Shown piece by piece: positions 35,232 to 44,627 of a DNA stretch of 64,000 nucleotides. The stretch spans positions 9,480 to 73,479 of the forward strand of contig LFRU01000095.1 of the NCBI GenBank assembly GCA_001512495.1, written 5' to 3'. The notes beneath the pieces are model-generated. The model ran no database searches, was not told the DNA's origin, and saw nothing but the letters and a program-made list of their open reading frames with translations. This DNA comes from Syntrophothermus sp. DTU052. Lineage in GTDB: Bacteria > Bacillota > Syntrophomonadia > Syntrophomonadales > DTU052. The translations under genes were made by a program, and so were the position numbers. The first letter of the stretch is position 1; each line of letters starts with the position of its first letter.

Positions 35232-36230
35232 ATGGCCGGCAAGAAGATTGGCTTGCAGAGTATAGCCTATAACAATCCCCCACAGATTGCATCCTGGGCT
35301 TCAATTGTCGGCCCGATGGAAGGGAAGGGTCCATTCGGCAGTCAGTTTGACTGGGTGATGGAAGACTACCTTTTCGGCACCAGGTCCTACGAAGAGGCTG
35401 AGGGCAAGATGCTAAAAGAAGCCCTGCGGTTAGCCGCCCACAAGCAGGGTCTGCAGGAAAGGGAGATTGAAGTTGTATTAGCCGGAGATTTCCTGAACCA
35501 ATCCCAAGCATCCAATTATGCGGGGCGCGAACTTTCGCGACCTTTTCTTGGCATCTACGGAGCCTGCACCACTCTGGTGGAGGGCATGATACTGGCGGGA
35601 ATGCTCATCGATGGGTCATTTTACGACTGCGTTGCGGTAGGTGCAGTAAGCCATTATCACACCGCTGAACGTCAGTTGCGCCTGCCCATCGAACTGGGTG
35701 GGGGCAAGCTGGCATCAGCCCAGTGGCCGGTAACCGGTGCCGGGGCGGTGATACTGCAGCGGTTACGGGACCAGCCCCGAATTACAGTTGCTACCATTGG
35801 CAGGGTGGTGGAAGGGGAGCGTCCGGGAGTCAGCGACCTGGGAGCAGCCGTAGCGTCAGCCGCTGCCGACACATTAATAACTCATTTTAAGGACCTGGGC
35901 CGGGGGCCGGACTACTATGACCTGATTGTTACCGGGGATCTGGGGAAACTGGGCTCTGCTTTGATGGAGGAGTTATGCCTGGTCGCCGGTTATTACCTCG
36001 GGGAGAAGTATACTGACTGCGGGATCGAAATCTATGATAAAGAACAAAACATACTGGCGGGCGGTAGAGGATGTGGGAGTCTGGCGGCGATGGCATGCGG
36101 GCCTTACCTTAATAACTTGACAGCAGGAAAGATGAGACGCTTTCTCCTGGTCGGCACCGGGGCCATGATGGTGGAGCAGGGCGGTTCCATTCCCGGAATA
36201 GCTCATGCGGTTGCCATCGAAACCGGGTAA
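35232..36230 (+). CDS. spoVAD: stage V sporulation protein AD
   Basis: 332-aa thiolase/KAS-III-like protein. The N-terminus NPPQIASWASIVGPMEGKGPFGSQFD is typical of SpoVAD. Confidence 0.85.
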   Translation: MAGKKIGLQSIAYNNPPQIASWASIVGPMEGKGPFGSQFDWVMEDYLFGTRSYEEAEGKMLKEALRLAAHKQGLQEREIEVVLAGDFLNQSQASNYAGRELSRPFLGIYGACTTLVEGMILAGMLIDGSFYDCVAVGAVSHYHTAERQLRLPIELGGGKLASAQWPVTGAGAVILQRLRDQPRITVATIGRVVEGERPGVSDLGAAVASAAADTLITHFKDLGRGPDYYDLIVTGDLGKLGSALMEELCLVAGYYLGEKYTDCGIEIYDKEQNILAGGRGCGSLAAMACGPYLNNLTAGKMRRFLLVGTGAMMVEQGGSIPGIAHAVAIETG

Positions 36231-36396
36231 TTGGCGGCTCAAAGATTACCGGGCCGGCATCCAGGTACAGAACAACGGTTCTATGGCAATTGTTGGGCCC
36301 GGCAATGTCGGGTAGATGAGATACATATCGTGGTCTCCATTTTCCCACCCGGATGGCAAGTATTCTGCTGCACCTGAACCTGGAAAGGGTGAAAGC

Positions 36397-36948
36397 TTGA
36401 AAAAACGAGTGATTCTGGTTACTGATGGCGATGAAAATGCACAGGAGGCCATTATCCAGGCCTGCAAGAATTTAGGTCTTTACCCTTTGCTCAGTTCGGC
36501 AGGAAATCCAACCCCTTTAACGGGTGAGAGGTTGCTCTGGGAGATCAAGCAGGCTCCATATGACCCGGTAGTGGTGTTGCTGGATGACCGGGGAGTGGTA
36601 GGAGAGGGCAAGGGGGAGAGGGCATTAGAACAACTGCTGCTCGCCGAGAGTCTGGATGTACTTGGGGTTATTGCCGTGGCTTCCAATACCGACCGTGCCC
36701 GGGGAATTGAGGTAACTGAGTCAGTGGATCGCCATGGACGCGTTACCCGCCAGCCGGTAGATAAATATGGAGAAAAGGAGCCGCCCGGCCACCGCTTTCT
36801 GGAAGGGGATACCTCTGAAATCCTGGCCCGCTTCCCCGAAGTAAAGGTAATCGGAGTAGGGGATCTGGGAAAGATGAAAGGTAGAGATGACCCGGCACAT
36901 GGAGCGATGATAACGACCAGGTGCTTGCAAGAGTTGACAGGCGATTGA
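36397..36948 (+). CDS. SpoVAEa-like soluble Toprim-like protein
   Basis: KRVILVTDGDENAQEAI and GVGDLGKMKGRDDPAHGAMIT resemble the soluble SpoVAE1 family. SD-like GGAAAGGGTGAAAG precedes TTG 36397 (track start is 36316). Confidence 0.5.
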   Translation: MKKRVILVTDGDENAQEAIIQACKNLGLYPLLSSAGNPTPLTGERLLWEIKQAPYDPVVVLLDDRGVVGEGKGERALEQLLLAESLDVLGVIAVASNTDRARGIEVTESVDRHGRVTRQPVDKYGEKEPPGHRFLEGDTSEILARFPEVKVIGVGDLGKMKGRDDPAHGAMITTRCLQELTGD

Positions 36949-36990
36949 CTGGTATAGCCCGACCCTTCGGGTAAAAGAACAGGTGGAAAC

Positions 36991-37995
36991 ATGAGAGTTG
37001 GAATTCCCAGAGGATTATTCTTTTATCACCTCTATCCGCAGTGGAAAACGTTTTTTAATTATCTGGACTGGGAGGTGGCAACCTCCCCTCCCACCAACAA
37101 GAAGATGGTCGAGGCCGGGGTAATGATGGCGGTGAGCGAGGCCTGTTTCCCGGTAAAGGTGCTCTATGGTCATATTCTGGAACTGGCGGGCAGGGAAGTT
37201 GATTACATTTTCATGCCCCGCCTGGTGAGCATTGAGCGGCGAAGCTATATCTGCCCCAAGTTTATGGGAATCCCCGATATGCTGCGGGCCCAAATCCAGG
37301 GATTACCGCCCCTAATCGACCTGTGCATCGATGTGAGTCGTAATGAAGGGGACCTGTATCGAGAGCTGGATCGCTGGTCAAAAAAGATGGGGCTGAAATC
37401 GGGACGGGTTAGGAAGGCCTGGAATGATTCCACCCGTGCAACATGCGAACTGGAAGCCATATGCCGCCAGGGCCATACTCTGGGGGAGGGGATAGGTGTA
37501 TGGGAGGGCAAACCGGCAGCAAAACGGGGTACCGGTGATCTGACCATTGGTGTTCTGGGCCACTGCTATGCGCTGAATGACCGCTTAATCAGTCTGGGGT
37601 TGTTCGAACGTTTGCGGGAAATGGGGGCTGCTGCCGTTACCAGTGAGATGCTCGATCCCCAACTAATTGAAGAGGCAGCCGCCAGGCTGCCGAAAAGGGT
37701 CTTTTGGACTGTGGGACGGACGATGGTAGGCACCGCCCTCCTGCTCGATCAAAATCCGGGTGTTGATGGAATGATATATCTGACATGCTTTGGCTGCGGA
37801 TCGGATTCCATGATGGCAAAGATTATCGAACACCGTGTGAACAAGCCGTTTATGCTGCTTACCGTTGATGAGCACAGCGGCGAAGCCGGTGTAGTAACCC
37901 GGCTGGAAGCATTCTGCGATATGCTGCGGAGAAAAAGGAGGCTGGAGCTTGCGCATAACCTTTCCCCATATGGGGAATTCCTATATAGCCATTAG
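36991..37995 (+). CDS. acyl-CoA dehydratase activase-related protein (DUF2229), part 1
   Basis: MRVGIPRGLFFYHLYPQWKTFFNYLDWEV N-terminus is typical of this family. Confidence 0.65.
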   Translation: MRVGIPRGLFFYHLYPQWKTFFNYLDWEVATSPPTNKKMVEAGVMMAVSEACFPVKVLYGHILELAGREVDYIFMPRLVSIERRSYICPKFMGIPDMLRAQIQGLPPLIDLCIDVSRNEGDLYRELDRWSKKMGLKSGRVRKAWNDSTRATCELEAICRQGHTLGEGIGVWEGKPAAKRGTGDLTIGVLGHCYALNDRLISLGLFERLREMGAAAVTSEMLDPQLIEEAAARLPKRVFWTVGRTMVGTALLLDQNPGVDGMIYLTCFGCGSDSMMAKIIEHRVNKPFMLLTVDEHSGEAGVVTRLEAFCDMLRRKRRLELAHNLSPYGEFLYSH

Positions 37996-39091
37996 CTCGC
38001 TGTTGAAGGAACTGGGACTTGATGTAGTGGTCCCGCCGCCGTGCAGTAAGCGGACTCTGGAGTTGGGGATTCGTTATTCTCCGGAGTTTGTCTGCCTGCC
38101 GTTTAAGATCAACCTGGGTAATTACCTGGAAGCCATGGACCAGGGAGCAGAAGCTATTCTGATGGCAGGTGGTTGGGGACCGTGCCGGTTTGGCTATTAT
38201 GCCCAGGTGGAACGGGATATTCTCCAGGATCTGGGCCGGGAGTTTAACATGGTGATAATCGAAGCACCCGACTCGAAGCTGCCCAGCCTGCTGAATCAGG
38301 TACGGCAGATGGGAATCAAAACCTCCTGGTTTCAGGTTTGGTCGGCAATACGCCTGGCCTGGGAAAAACTGAAAGCCGTTGACCGTTTGGAGGCACTGCA
38401 GCACTACTGGTTACCCCGGGTGGCTGACAAGAGCCGCTGCGAGAGCATGGTTGACGCCGGGCTGAAATCGGTTGATGGGTGCGGCGAGCTGCGAGAGATG
38501 GCCGCGCTTGTTGATAAAGTTGACCGGGATTTGTCCGGGTTAGGGCGGGATGTGGATAATAACAACCCGATCCGGATAGGATTGGCAGGTGAGATCTATA
38601 CCCTTTTGGAGCCCTTTGCCAATTACTACCTGGAACGTCAACTGGGCCGAATGGGGGTTGAGGTTGTAAGAGATGTAAACCTTACCCAATGGGTAAATGA
38701 CCACCTTTTTGGGGGGGTCCTACCATCTGCTCCCAGCCTGCACACGACCCTGCCGCTGGCCACGCCCTACCTGCAGTACTGGGTGGGCGGGCATGGACGG
38801 GAAACCGTAGCCAGCACCGTCGGCTATGCGCGCCAGAAACTGGATGGAGTAATCCAAGTGGCTCCCCTGACCTGCATGCCGGAGATTGTAGCCCAATCAG
38901 TGCTCGAGAAGGTCCAGGAGGAAGAGGGGATTCCGGTCATGACCATGTATTTTGATGAGCATGCCGGAGAAGTTGGGATTATCACCCGGCTGGAGGCGTT
39001 CCTGGATATGATCAGATGGCGAAAAATGAAAACGGGAGATACCGATGCTAAAAATTTATCTGGGAGTAGACGTAGGCTCTGTCAGCACTAA
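37949..39091 (+). CDS. acyl-CoA dehydratase activase-related protein (DUF2229), part 2
   Basis: RITFPHMGNSYIAISSLLKELG N-terminus. TTG start 7 nt after SD AGGAGG. Overlaps part 1 by 47 nt. Confidence 0.65.
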   Translation: MRITFPHMGNSYIAISSLLKELGLDVVVPPPCSKRTLELGIRYSPEFVCLPFKINLGNYLEAMDQGAEAILMAGGWGPCRFGYYAQVERDILQDLGREFNMVIIEAPDSKLPSLLNQVRQMGIKTSWFQVWSAIRLAWEKLKAVDRLEALQHYWLPRVADKSRCESMVDAGLKSVDGCGELREMAALVDKVDRDLSGLGRDVDNNNPIRIGLAGEIYTLLEPFANYYLERQLGRMGVEVVRDVNLTQWVNDHLFGGVLPSAPSLHTTLPLATPYLQYWVGGHGRETVASTVGYARQKLDGVIQVAPLTCMPEIVAQSVLEKVQEEEGIPVMTMYFDEHAGEVGIITRLEAFLDMIRWRKMKTGDTDAKNLSGSRRRLCQH

Positions 39092-40082
39092 TCTGGTGGC
39101 TCTTGATTCCCAGTTGAAGGTTCGGGAGACGGTTTACATTAGAACCATGGGACATCCGGTAAAGGCCACTCAGCAGGGATTTAAGGAACTGCAGTCCCGA
39201 CTGCCGCAGATTGAGGTCCTGGGAGTCGGAGCTACCGGCAGCGGTCGTAATCTGGTGGCTGCCATGTTAGGAGCCGATGAAGTTAAGAATGAAATCACCG
39301 CCCATGCGGTAGCGGCTACCCATTTCCATCCCGAGGTTCGTACCGTTTTTGAGATCGGCGGACAGGATTCAAAGCTCATACTGCTGCGGGATGGGGTGGT
39401 AATCGACTTCGCCATGAATACCGTGTGTGCGGCCGGAACCGGTTCATTTCTGGATCAGCAGGCCCTGCGCCTCAGTATACCAATTGAAGAGTTCGGCTGC
39501 TGGGCGGCCAGGGCTCGGCAACCGGTACGAATCGCCGGCCGGTGTGGAGTTTTTGCCGAGTCCGACATGATTCACAAGCAGCAGATGGGCTATCCGACCG
39601 AAGAGATAATCGCCGGACTGTGCGAAGCCTTGGCCCGCAACTACCTTAACAACCTCGGGAAAGGGAAGGAGATCCTGCCTCCGGTGGTATTCCAGGGGGG
39701 GGTAGCCGCTAATCTGGGCTTGAAGCTGGCTTTTGAAAAGATGCTCACTACTGAGATCATGGTGCCCGAGTACTACAATGTCATGGGAGCAATTGGAGCT
39801 GCGCTGCTGGCCGCCGAGTCCGTAAAAGACCGCCAATCCTCGTTTAGGGGTGCCGATTTCATCCTGGATGGTGAGTTTGAGACCCGGAGCATGGAATGCA
39901 ACGGGTGTCCCAACCAGTGTGAAGTAGTTTCAATTCACCGCCAGGGACAGGTGCTGGCTTACTTCGGAGACCGCTGCCGCCGCTGGGATGCGTCACTCAA
40001 GAGCAGTAAAGTAGTCAGCCGGGAGTTGAAAAAAACAGCCCGGCAGCCGGTTTTCAAAACCCGGGAGCGCTTAAGCCGGTAG
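39045..40082 (+). CDS. BcrAD/BadFG (HgdC-like) activase ATPase
   Basis: Actin-fold motifs GVDVGSVSTN, GATGSGR, EIGGQDSK. The two cluster-ligand Cys contexts are NTVCAAGTG and GRCGVFAES. An extra C-terminal CNGCPNQC is present. Confidence 0.8.
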   Translation: MLKIYLGVDVGSVSTNLVALDSQLKVRETVYIRTMGHPVKATQQGFKELQSRLPQIEVLGVGATGSGRNLVAAMLGADEVKNEITAHAVAATHFHPEVRTVFEIGGQDSKLILLRDGVVIDFAMNTVCAAGTGSFLDQQALRLSIPIEEFGCWAARARQPVRIAGRCGVFAESDMIHKQQMGYPTEEIIAGLCEALARNYLNNLGKGKEILPPVVFQGGVAANLGLKLAFEKMLTTEIMVPEYYNVMGAIGAALLAAESVKDRQSSFRGADFILDGEFETRSMECNGCPNQCEVVSIHRQGQVLAYFGDRCRRWDASLKSSKVVSRELKKTARQPVFKTRERLSR

Positions 40083-40164
40083 CTCTGATCAGCGGCGAAA
40101 GGTCCGGCTCGTTGACTGCTGACCGGCTGCGGGAACCTTCACCAAAAGAAATATGCTTTACCGG

Positions 40165-40193
40165 TTGTCGGCTGGAATATCTGATGTTACAAT
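40165..40193 (+). promoter_or_regulatory. sigma-A-type promoter candidate for the TrpB2 gene
   Basis: TTGTCG, 17-nt spacer, TACAAT. Confidence 0.45.
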
Positions 40194-40233
40194 ATAGAGG
40201 TCAAAATAAAAAATACTAGCTGAGAGGAGATTA

Positions 40234-41595
40234 GTGGAGATGAGATCAGATGTGCTTTCCAAGATCATCCTGCCTGAGGAAAAGTTGCCGAAATTCTGGT
40301 ATAACGTCCAGGCAGATATGCCCAACCTGCCCGCACCGGCGCTTAATCCGGTTACCAAAAAACCTTTGACTCCGGAGGATCTGTTGCCGATCTTCCCCAT
40401 TGGGGTTCTGGAGCAGGAAGTATCTACCGAACGCTACATCGAGATACCGGCGGAAGTGAGGGAGATCTACAAGATCTGGAGGCCGTCACCGCTGTACCGC
40501 GCTCGGCGCCTGGAAAAGGCTCTGGATACACCCTGCCGCATTTATTACAAGTATGAGGGTGTAAGTCCGGTGGGCAGCCACAAGCTGAACAGCGCCATAC
40601 CCCAGGTGTTCTACAACAAGATCGCCGGCAAGAAACGGCTGGCGACTGAAACCGGTGCCGGCCAATGGGGAACCGCACTGTCTTTGGCCACCAACATGTT
40701 CGGCCTGGAATGTACCGTTTACATGGTTAAGGTAAGCTATGAGCAAAAACCCTACCGCAAATCGGTTATGGAGGTTTACGGCGCCGAGGTCATTGCCAGT
40801 CCCAGTAACCGTACCGAAGCCGGGCGCCGGGAGCTGCAGAGGAACCCGGATTCCACCGGCAGTTTGGGAATGGCCATTAGCGAAGCGGTGGAGGACGCCC
40901 TGGGACGTGACGACACCAATTATTCCCTGGGCAGTGTCCTGAATCACGTATGTCTGCACCAAACAGTTATCGGGCAGGAGACCAGGATGCAGTTGGAGAT
41001 GGTTGATGAATACCCCGATATCATAATCGGCTGTTGCGGAGGCGGGACCAATTTTGCCGGCCTTGCGTTCCCCTTCGTTCCTGACAAACTGGCGGGAAAG
41101 AACATAAGGCTGATGGCGGTTGAACCTTCAGGCTGTCCAACCCTTACCCGTGGTCAGTTTGTCTATGATTACACCGATGTGGCCTGCCTGACACCGATCA
41201 GCCGGATGTATACCCTGGGGAGAAACTATGCGCCACCTTCAATCCACGCCGGCGGCTTAAGGTACCACGGGGACTCCCCTCTGGTAAGCCAGCTGTACCA
41301 TGATGGCATAATTGAGGCGACTGCGGTTGACCAGCGTCCGGTATTCGAAGCGGCCATTCTGTTCGCCCGCAATGAAGGAATTTTACCGGCACCGGAATCA
41401 TCCCACGCCATCCGCGCGGCTGTTGACGAGGCTCTCAAGTGCAGGGAGAGCGGTGAGAGCAAGTGCATCGTCTTCGGTCTGAGCGGCCACGGTCACTTTG
41501 ACCTCAGTGCCTACGATGAGTACCTGTCCGGCAGAATGGTGGATGTGGAGATCCAGGATGAGCTCCTGGAAAAGAGCCTGTCGGATCTGCCTTAA
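40234..41595 (+). CDS. TrpB-like PLP-dependent enzyme (TrpB2 type)
   Basis: 453 aa with the long N-terminal extension typical of TrpB2 ([13 protein letters not shown]...). GSHKLN Lys motif and GGGTNFAG. Confidence 0.85.
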   Translation: MEMRSDVLSKIILPEEKLPKFWYNVQADMPNLPAPALNPVTKKPLTPEDLLPIFPIGVLEQEVSTERYIEIPAEVREIYKIWRPSPLYRARRLEKALDTPCRIYYKYEGVSPVGSHKLNSAIPQVFYNKIAGKKRLATETGAGQWGTALSLATNMFGLECTVYMVKVSYEQKPYRKSVMEVYGAEVIASPSNRTEAGRRELQRNPDSTGSLGMAISEAVEDALGRDDTNYSLGSVLNHVCLHQTVIGQETRMQLEMVDEYPDIIIGCCGGGTNFAGLAFPFVPDKLAGKNIRLMAVEPSGCPTLTRGQFVYDYTDVACLTPISRMYTLGRNYAPPSIHAGGLRYHGDSPLVSQLYHDGIIEATAVDQRPVFEAAILFARNEGILPAPESSHAIRAAVDEALKCRESGESKCIVFGLSGHGHFDLSAYDEYLSGRMVDVEIQDELLEKSLSDLP

Positions 41596-41640
41596 CGCTC
41601 TAAGAGGGCGAAAGGTTTCAAAATAAGCCACAGCATGATG

Positions 41641-41680
41641 AGGAGAGAAGTCAGGTTAGGCTTCTCTCCTTTTTATTTTT
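41641..41680 (+). terminator. intrinsic terminator after the TrpB2 gene
   Basis: Perfect 10-bp stem AGGAGAGAAG/CTTCTCTCCT with a 10-nt loop, followed by TTTTATTTTT. Confidence 0.85.
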
Positions 41681-42023
41681 CGGCGCGATACTGATCAGGA
41701 ACAGACAAAAATTTGAAAATATGGTATCGTCGGTATACTGGACGAGGATGTAATGATAGTACCGTGGGTGCCGGCAAAACTATGGTCCGTATGGCCGTTT
41801 TTTAATTCTATCTCCGCCTGGGGAACTCTCGTACACAGTATCGCTGCGATTATATTTGCCTTCTTCTTTCTGAGCTCGTTTTCTAAGACTGAGACCGGTT
41901 CCCAATAGGGTTATCAGTAAAACCCGTCGGGTTGATGCTGGTCCTCACCGGCTTCTCAGACTGTGGAAGTGTTCCCGGCCCAGGTCAGTAATAGGATTTG
42001 ATCCCGGCTTATATAATAATGGT

Positions 42024-43028
42024 GTGATGGGTTCAAATCGGAACCGGGGTGGGGGAATCAAAGTGATTAAGGCACTCTCACTGGACGGCGGGGGAATACG
42101 AGGGATAATCCCGGCCATGGTGCTGGCCGAAATCGAGAAACGCACCCGTAAACCTGTATCGGAGCTCTTCGACCTGATAGCCGGGACCTCAACCGGCGGG
42201 CTTCTGGCATTGGGACTCACCAAACCGGGGCCGGGAGGCGGACCTGAGTATACGGCCGCGGATATGGTCAGGCTATATGAAAACTGCGGCCGCGAGATTT
42301 TTTCGCGTTCCTGCCGGCACCGGGTAGCCTCTCTGGGGTTTCTGGCCGACAGCAAGTACCCGCCGGATGGGATGAGAAAGGTGTATGCCCGGTATTTTGG
42401 GGCCGCCCGTCTAAAAGAGGCCCTGTGTGATGTGCTGCTTACTGCTTACGAGATTGAGCTCCGCACCCCGTTCTTTTTCCGCAGCAGCCGCGCCCGAGAA
42501 ATCCCGGAGTACGACTACACCATGCAGGATGTGGCCTTTGCCGCCACCGCCGCCCCCACCTACTTCTCCCCCTATAAGATTGATATTGAAGGCGGCTCCC
42601 GATACTACGCCCTGATAGATGGCGGGGTGTACGCCAATAACCCCGGGATGTGCCTTTATGCCGAGGCCCGTAATACCCGCCCCGGGAAGGATATGCTGAT
42701 GGTTTCCCTGGGAACCGGGCAGCAGAAAACAGTCTTTCCGTATGCAGAGGCTGAAAAATGGGGACTGGCCGGCTGGGCGCGGCCGCTGATGAACATAGTA
42801 TTTGACGGGGTGAGCGATACGGTGGATTACCAACTGCGCCTCCTGCTTCCAGCCTCCATACATGACGGTCCCCGCTATTACCGGTTACAGCCGCAGATGA
42901 GACAGGAGAGTCAGTTGGACGATGTCAGTCCGGAAAACATCAAGAGGCTGAAGATGATAGCCAGGAAGCTAATTGAGCATTACAGCACGTCCCTGGACCG
43001 GCTGTGCCACCAGTTGCTGCATCATTAA
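42024..43028 (+). CDS. patatin-like phospholipase
   Basis: GGGIRG oxyanion motif, GTSTGG nucleophile elbow, DGGVYANNP catalytic Asp motif. Confidence 0.85.
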   Translation: MMGSNRNRGGGIKVIKALSLDGGGIRGIIPAMVLAEIEKRTRKPVSELFDLIAGTSTGGLLALGLTKPGPGGGPEYTAADMVRLYENCGREIFSRSCRHRVASLGFLADSKYPPDGMRKVYARYFGAARLKEALCDVLLTAYEIELRTPFFFRSSRAREIPEYDYTMQDVAFAATAAPTYFSPYKIDIEGGSRYYALIDGGVYANNPGMCLYAEARNTRPGKDMLMVSLGTGQQKTVFPYAEAEKWGLAGWARPLMNIVFDGVSDTVDYQLRLLLPASIHDGPRYYRLQPQMRQESQLDDVSPENIKRLKMIARKLIEHYSTSLDRLCHQLLHH

Positions 43029-43058
43029 AACAGCCCCTGTTTTTCAGGACGACACAGT

Positions 43059-43088
43059 TTGACACCGATTTTAGGGGAATGATAAAAT
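43059..43088 (+). promoter_or_regulatory. sigma-A-type promoter candidate upstream of lysA
   Basis: TTGACA, 18-nt spacer, TAAAAT. Confidence 0.4.
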
Positions 43089-43106
43089 AACCCCGTGACT
43101 TTGATG

Positions 43107-43137
43107 GCTATTGGCGGTACAATAGCTGTTTTATTTT
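43107..43137 (+). terminator. terminator-like hairpin in the lysA leader
   Basis: GCTATTG-GCGGTA-CAATAGC followed by TGTTTTATTTT. It lies between the promoter candidate and GTG 43156. Confidence 0.4.
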
Positions 43138-43155
43138 GGGGGTTGGAGTGATAAC

Positions 43156-44466
43156 GTGAAGCTGCAAGGAACTATGAGGATAAATGAGGCTGGTCACCTG
43201 GAGATCGGTGGAGTTGATACCCTGGACCTGGTCAGGGAATTTGGGACTCCGCTCTATGTCCTGGATGAGCAGGCCTTCCGGGAGAACTGCCGGAAGCTGA
43301 AAGAAGCCTTTGCATCGGCGGGGGACAGCCAGGTGATTTATGCCAGCAAGGCATTGTGCACCATGGCTACCTGTCTTCTGGTGAAAGAGGAAGGACTGGG
43401 GTTGGATGTGGTATCAGGCGGCGAATTACATACCGCACTGGCAGTAGATTTTCCGGTGGAAAAGATATATTTCCACGGCAATAACAAGACTCCGGAAGAG
43501 ATTGAGATGGCGGTCAAAAACCAGGTCGGGGTTATCGTGGTTGACAACTTTTATGAGATGGAACTGTTAAACCGGATCTGCCAGAGATTTGGGCGGGAGC
43601 AGAGAATAATCCTGCGTATCAGCCCGGGGATTGAAGCCCACACCCATGAGTACATCAAGACCGGTCAAATAGACTCCAAGTTTGGGTTCACCCTGCCCGG
43701 TGGTCAGGCCCTGGAAGCGGTAAAGCGCTTAAGAGATTATCCTTTCCTGGTTTATGACGGCCTTCACTGCCATATTGGTTCGCAGATATTTGAGATGCAA
43801 TCGTTCGCCCACACCGCAGAGGTCATGATGGCTTTCGTCGCCCGGATCCGGGAAGAAACCGGGCTTGTAACCGCAGAGCTCAACCTAGGCGGCGGGTTTG
43901 GAATCTACTACTATGAAGGGGATAGACCGGTCCCTCCGGAGGCCTGGGTGCAGGCGGTCATGCCCTGTGTTAAGGAAAAGGCCACCGAGTTTGGGGTGCC
44001 GGTCCCTCGGGTGGTGGTGGAGCCAGGACGGGCCATCGCGGGTCCCGCCGGAACTACCCTGTACACCGTGGGCTCTTATAAAGATATTCCGGGAATCCGC
44101 AGGTATATCGCGGTTGACGGGGGAATGGGGGACAACCCCCGCCCGGCCCTGTATGGTTCAAAGTATGAGGCGACACTGGCCAACAAGGCCAATCAGGCGC
44201 CGGAAGAAACTGTATCCATAGCCGGCAGGTGCTGCGAATCAGGGGATATGCTGCTCTGGGACATTAAACTCCCCCGGGTGGAACCCGGCGACATCCTGGC
44301 GGTTTTCTCGACCGGAGCCTACAACTATGCCATGTCCATGAACTACAATCGCATTCCCCGCCCGGCTATGGTTCTGGTGGGAGATGGCCAGGCCGACCTG
44401 ATCCTGCAGCGTGAAACCTATGATGACCTGATACGAAATGATATAGTACCGGCCCGGCTTCGATAG
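43156..44466 (+). CDS. lysA: diaminopimelate decarboxylase
   Basis: 436-aa fold-type III PLP decarboxylase (YASKAL Lys context, HCHIGSQ, GGGFG, CESGD). Confidence 0.9.
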   Translation: MKLQGTMRINEAGHLEIGGVDTLDLVREFGTPLYVLDEQAFRENCRKLKEAFASAGDSQVIYASKALCTMATCLLVKEEGLGLDVVSGGELHTALAVDFPVEKIYFHGNNKTPEEIEMAVKNQVGVIVVDNFYEMELLNRICQRFGREQRIILRISPGIEAHTHEYIKTGQIDSKFGFTLPGGQALEAVKRLRDYPFLVYDGLHCHIGSQIFEMQSFAHTAEVMMAFVARIREETGLVTAELNLGGGFGIYYYEGDRPVPPEAWVQAVMPCVKEKATEFGVPVPRVVVEPGRAIAGPAGTTLYTVGSYKDIPGIRRYIAVDGGMGDNPRPALYGSKYEATLANKANQAPEETVSIAGRCCESGDMLLWDIKLPRVEPGDILAVFSTGAYNYAMSMNYNRIPRPAMVLVGDGQADLILQRETYDDLIRNDIVPARLR

Positions 44467-44627
44467 TCGACAAAAATATACGCTTAACCGAGACAAAGCA
44501 AGGGAACGGTCCTCTGCTTCATTTATGAGAAGCTTTTATGCGGTTACGAAGGACGTGTACGATGGCTACCCATTGAGGTATACTGATTTTATAATGAAAT
44601 ACTTTTGGCTTTTTTGGAGGAATAGTT

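Noticed and set aside
43029-43155. Lysine (L-box) riboswitch upstream of lysA.
   Set aside because: The leader is under 130 nt, far shorter than an L-box, and lacks its multi-helix junction.
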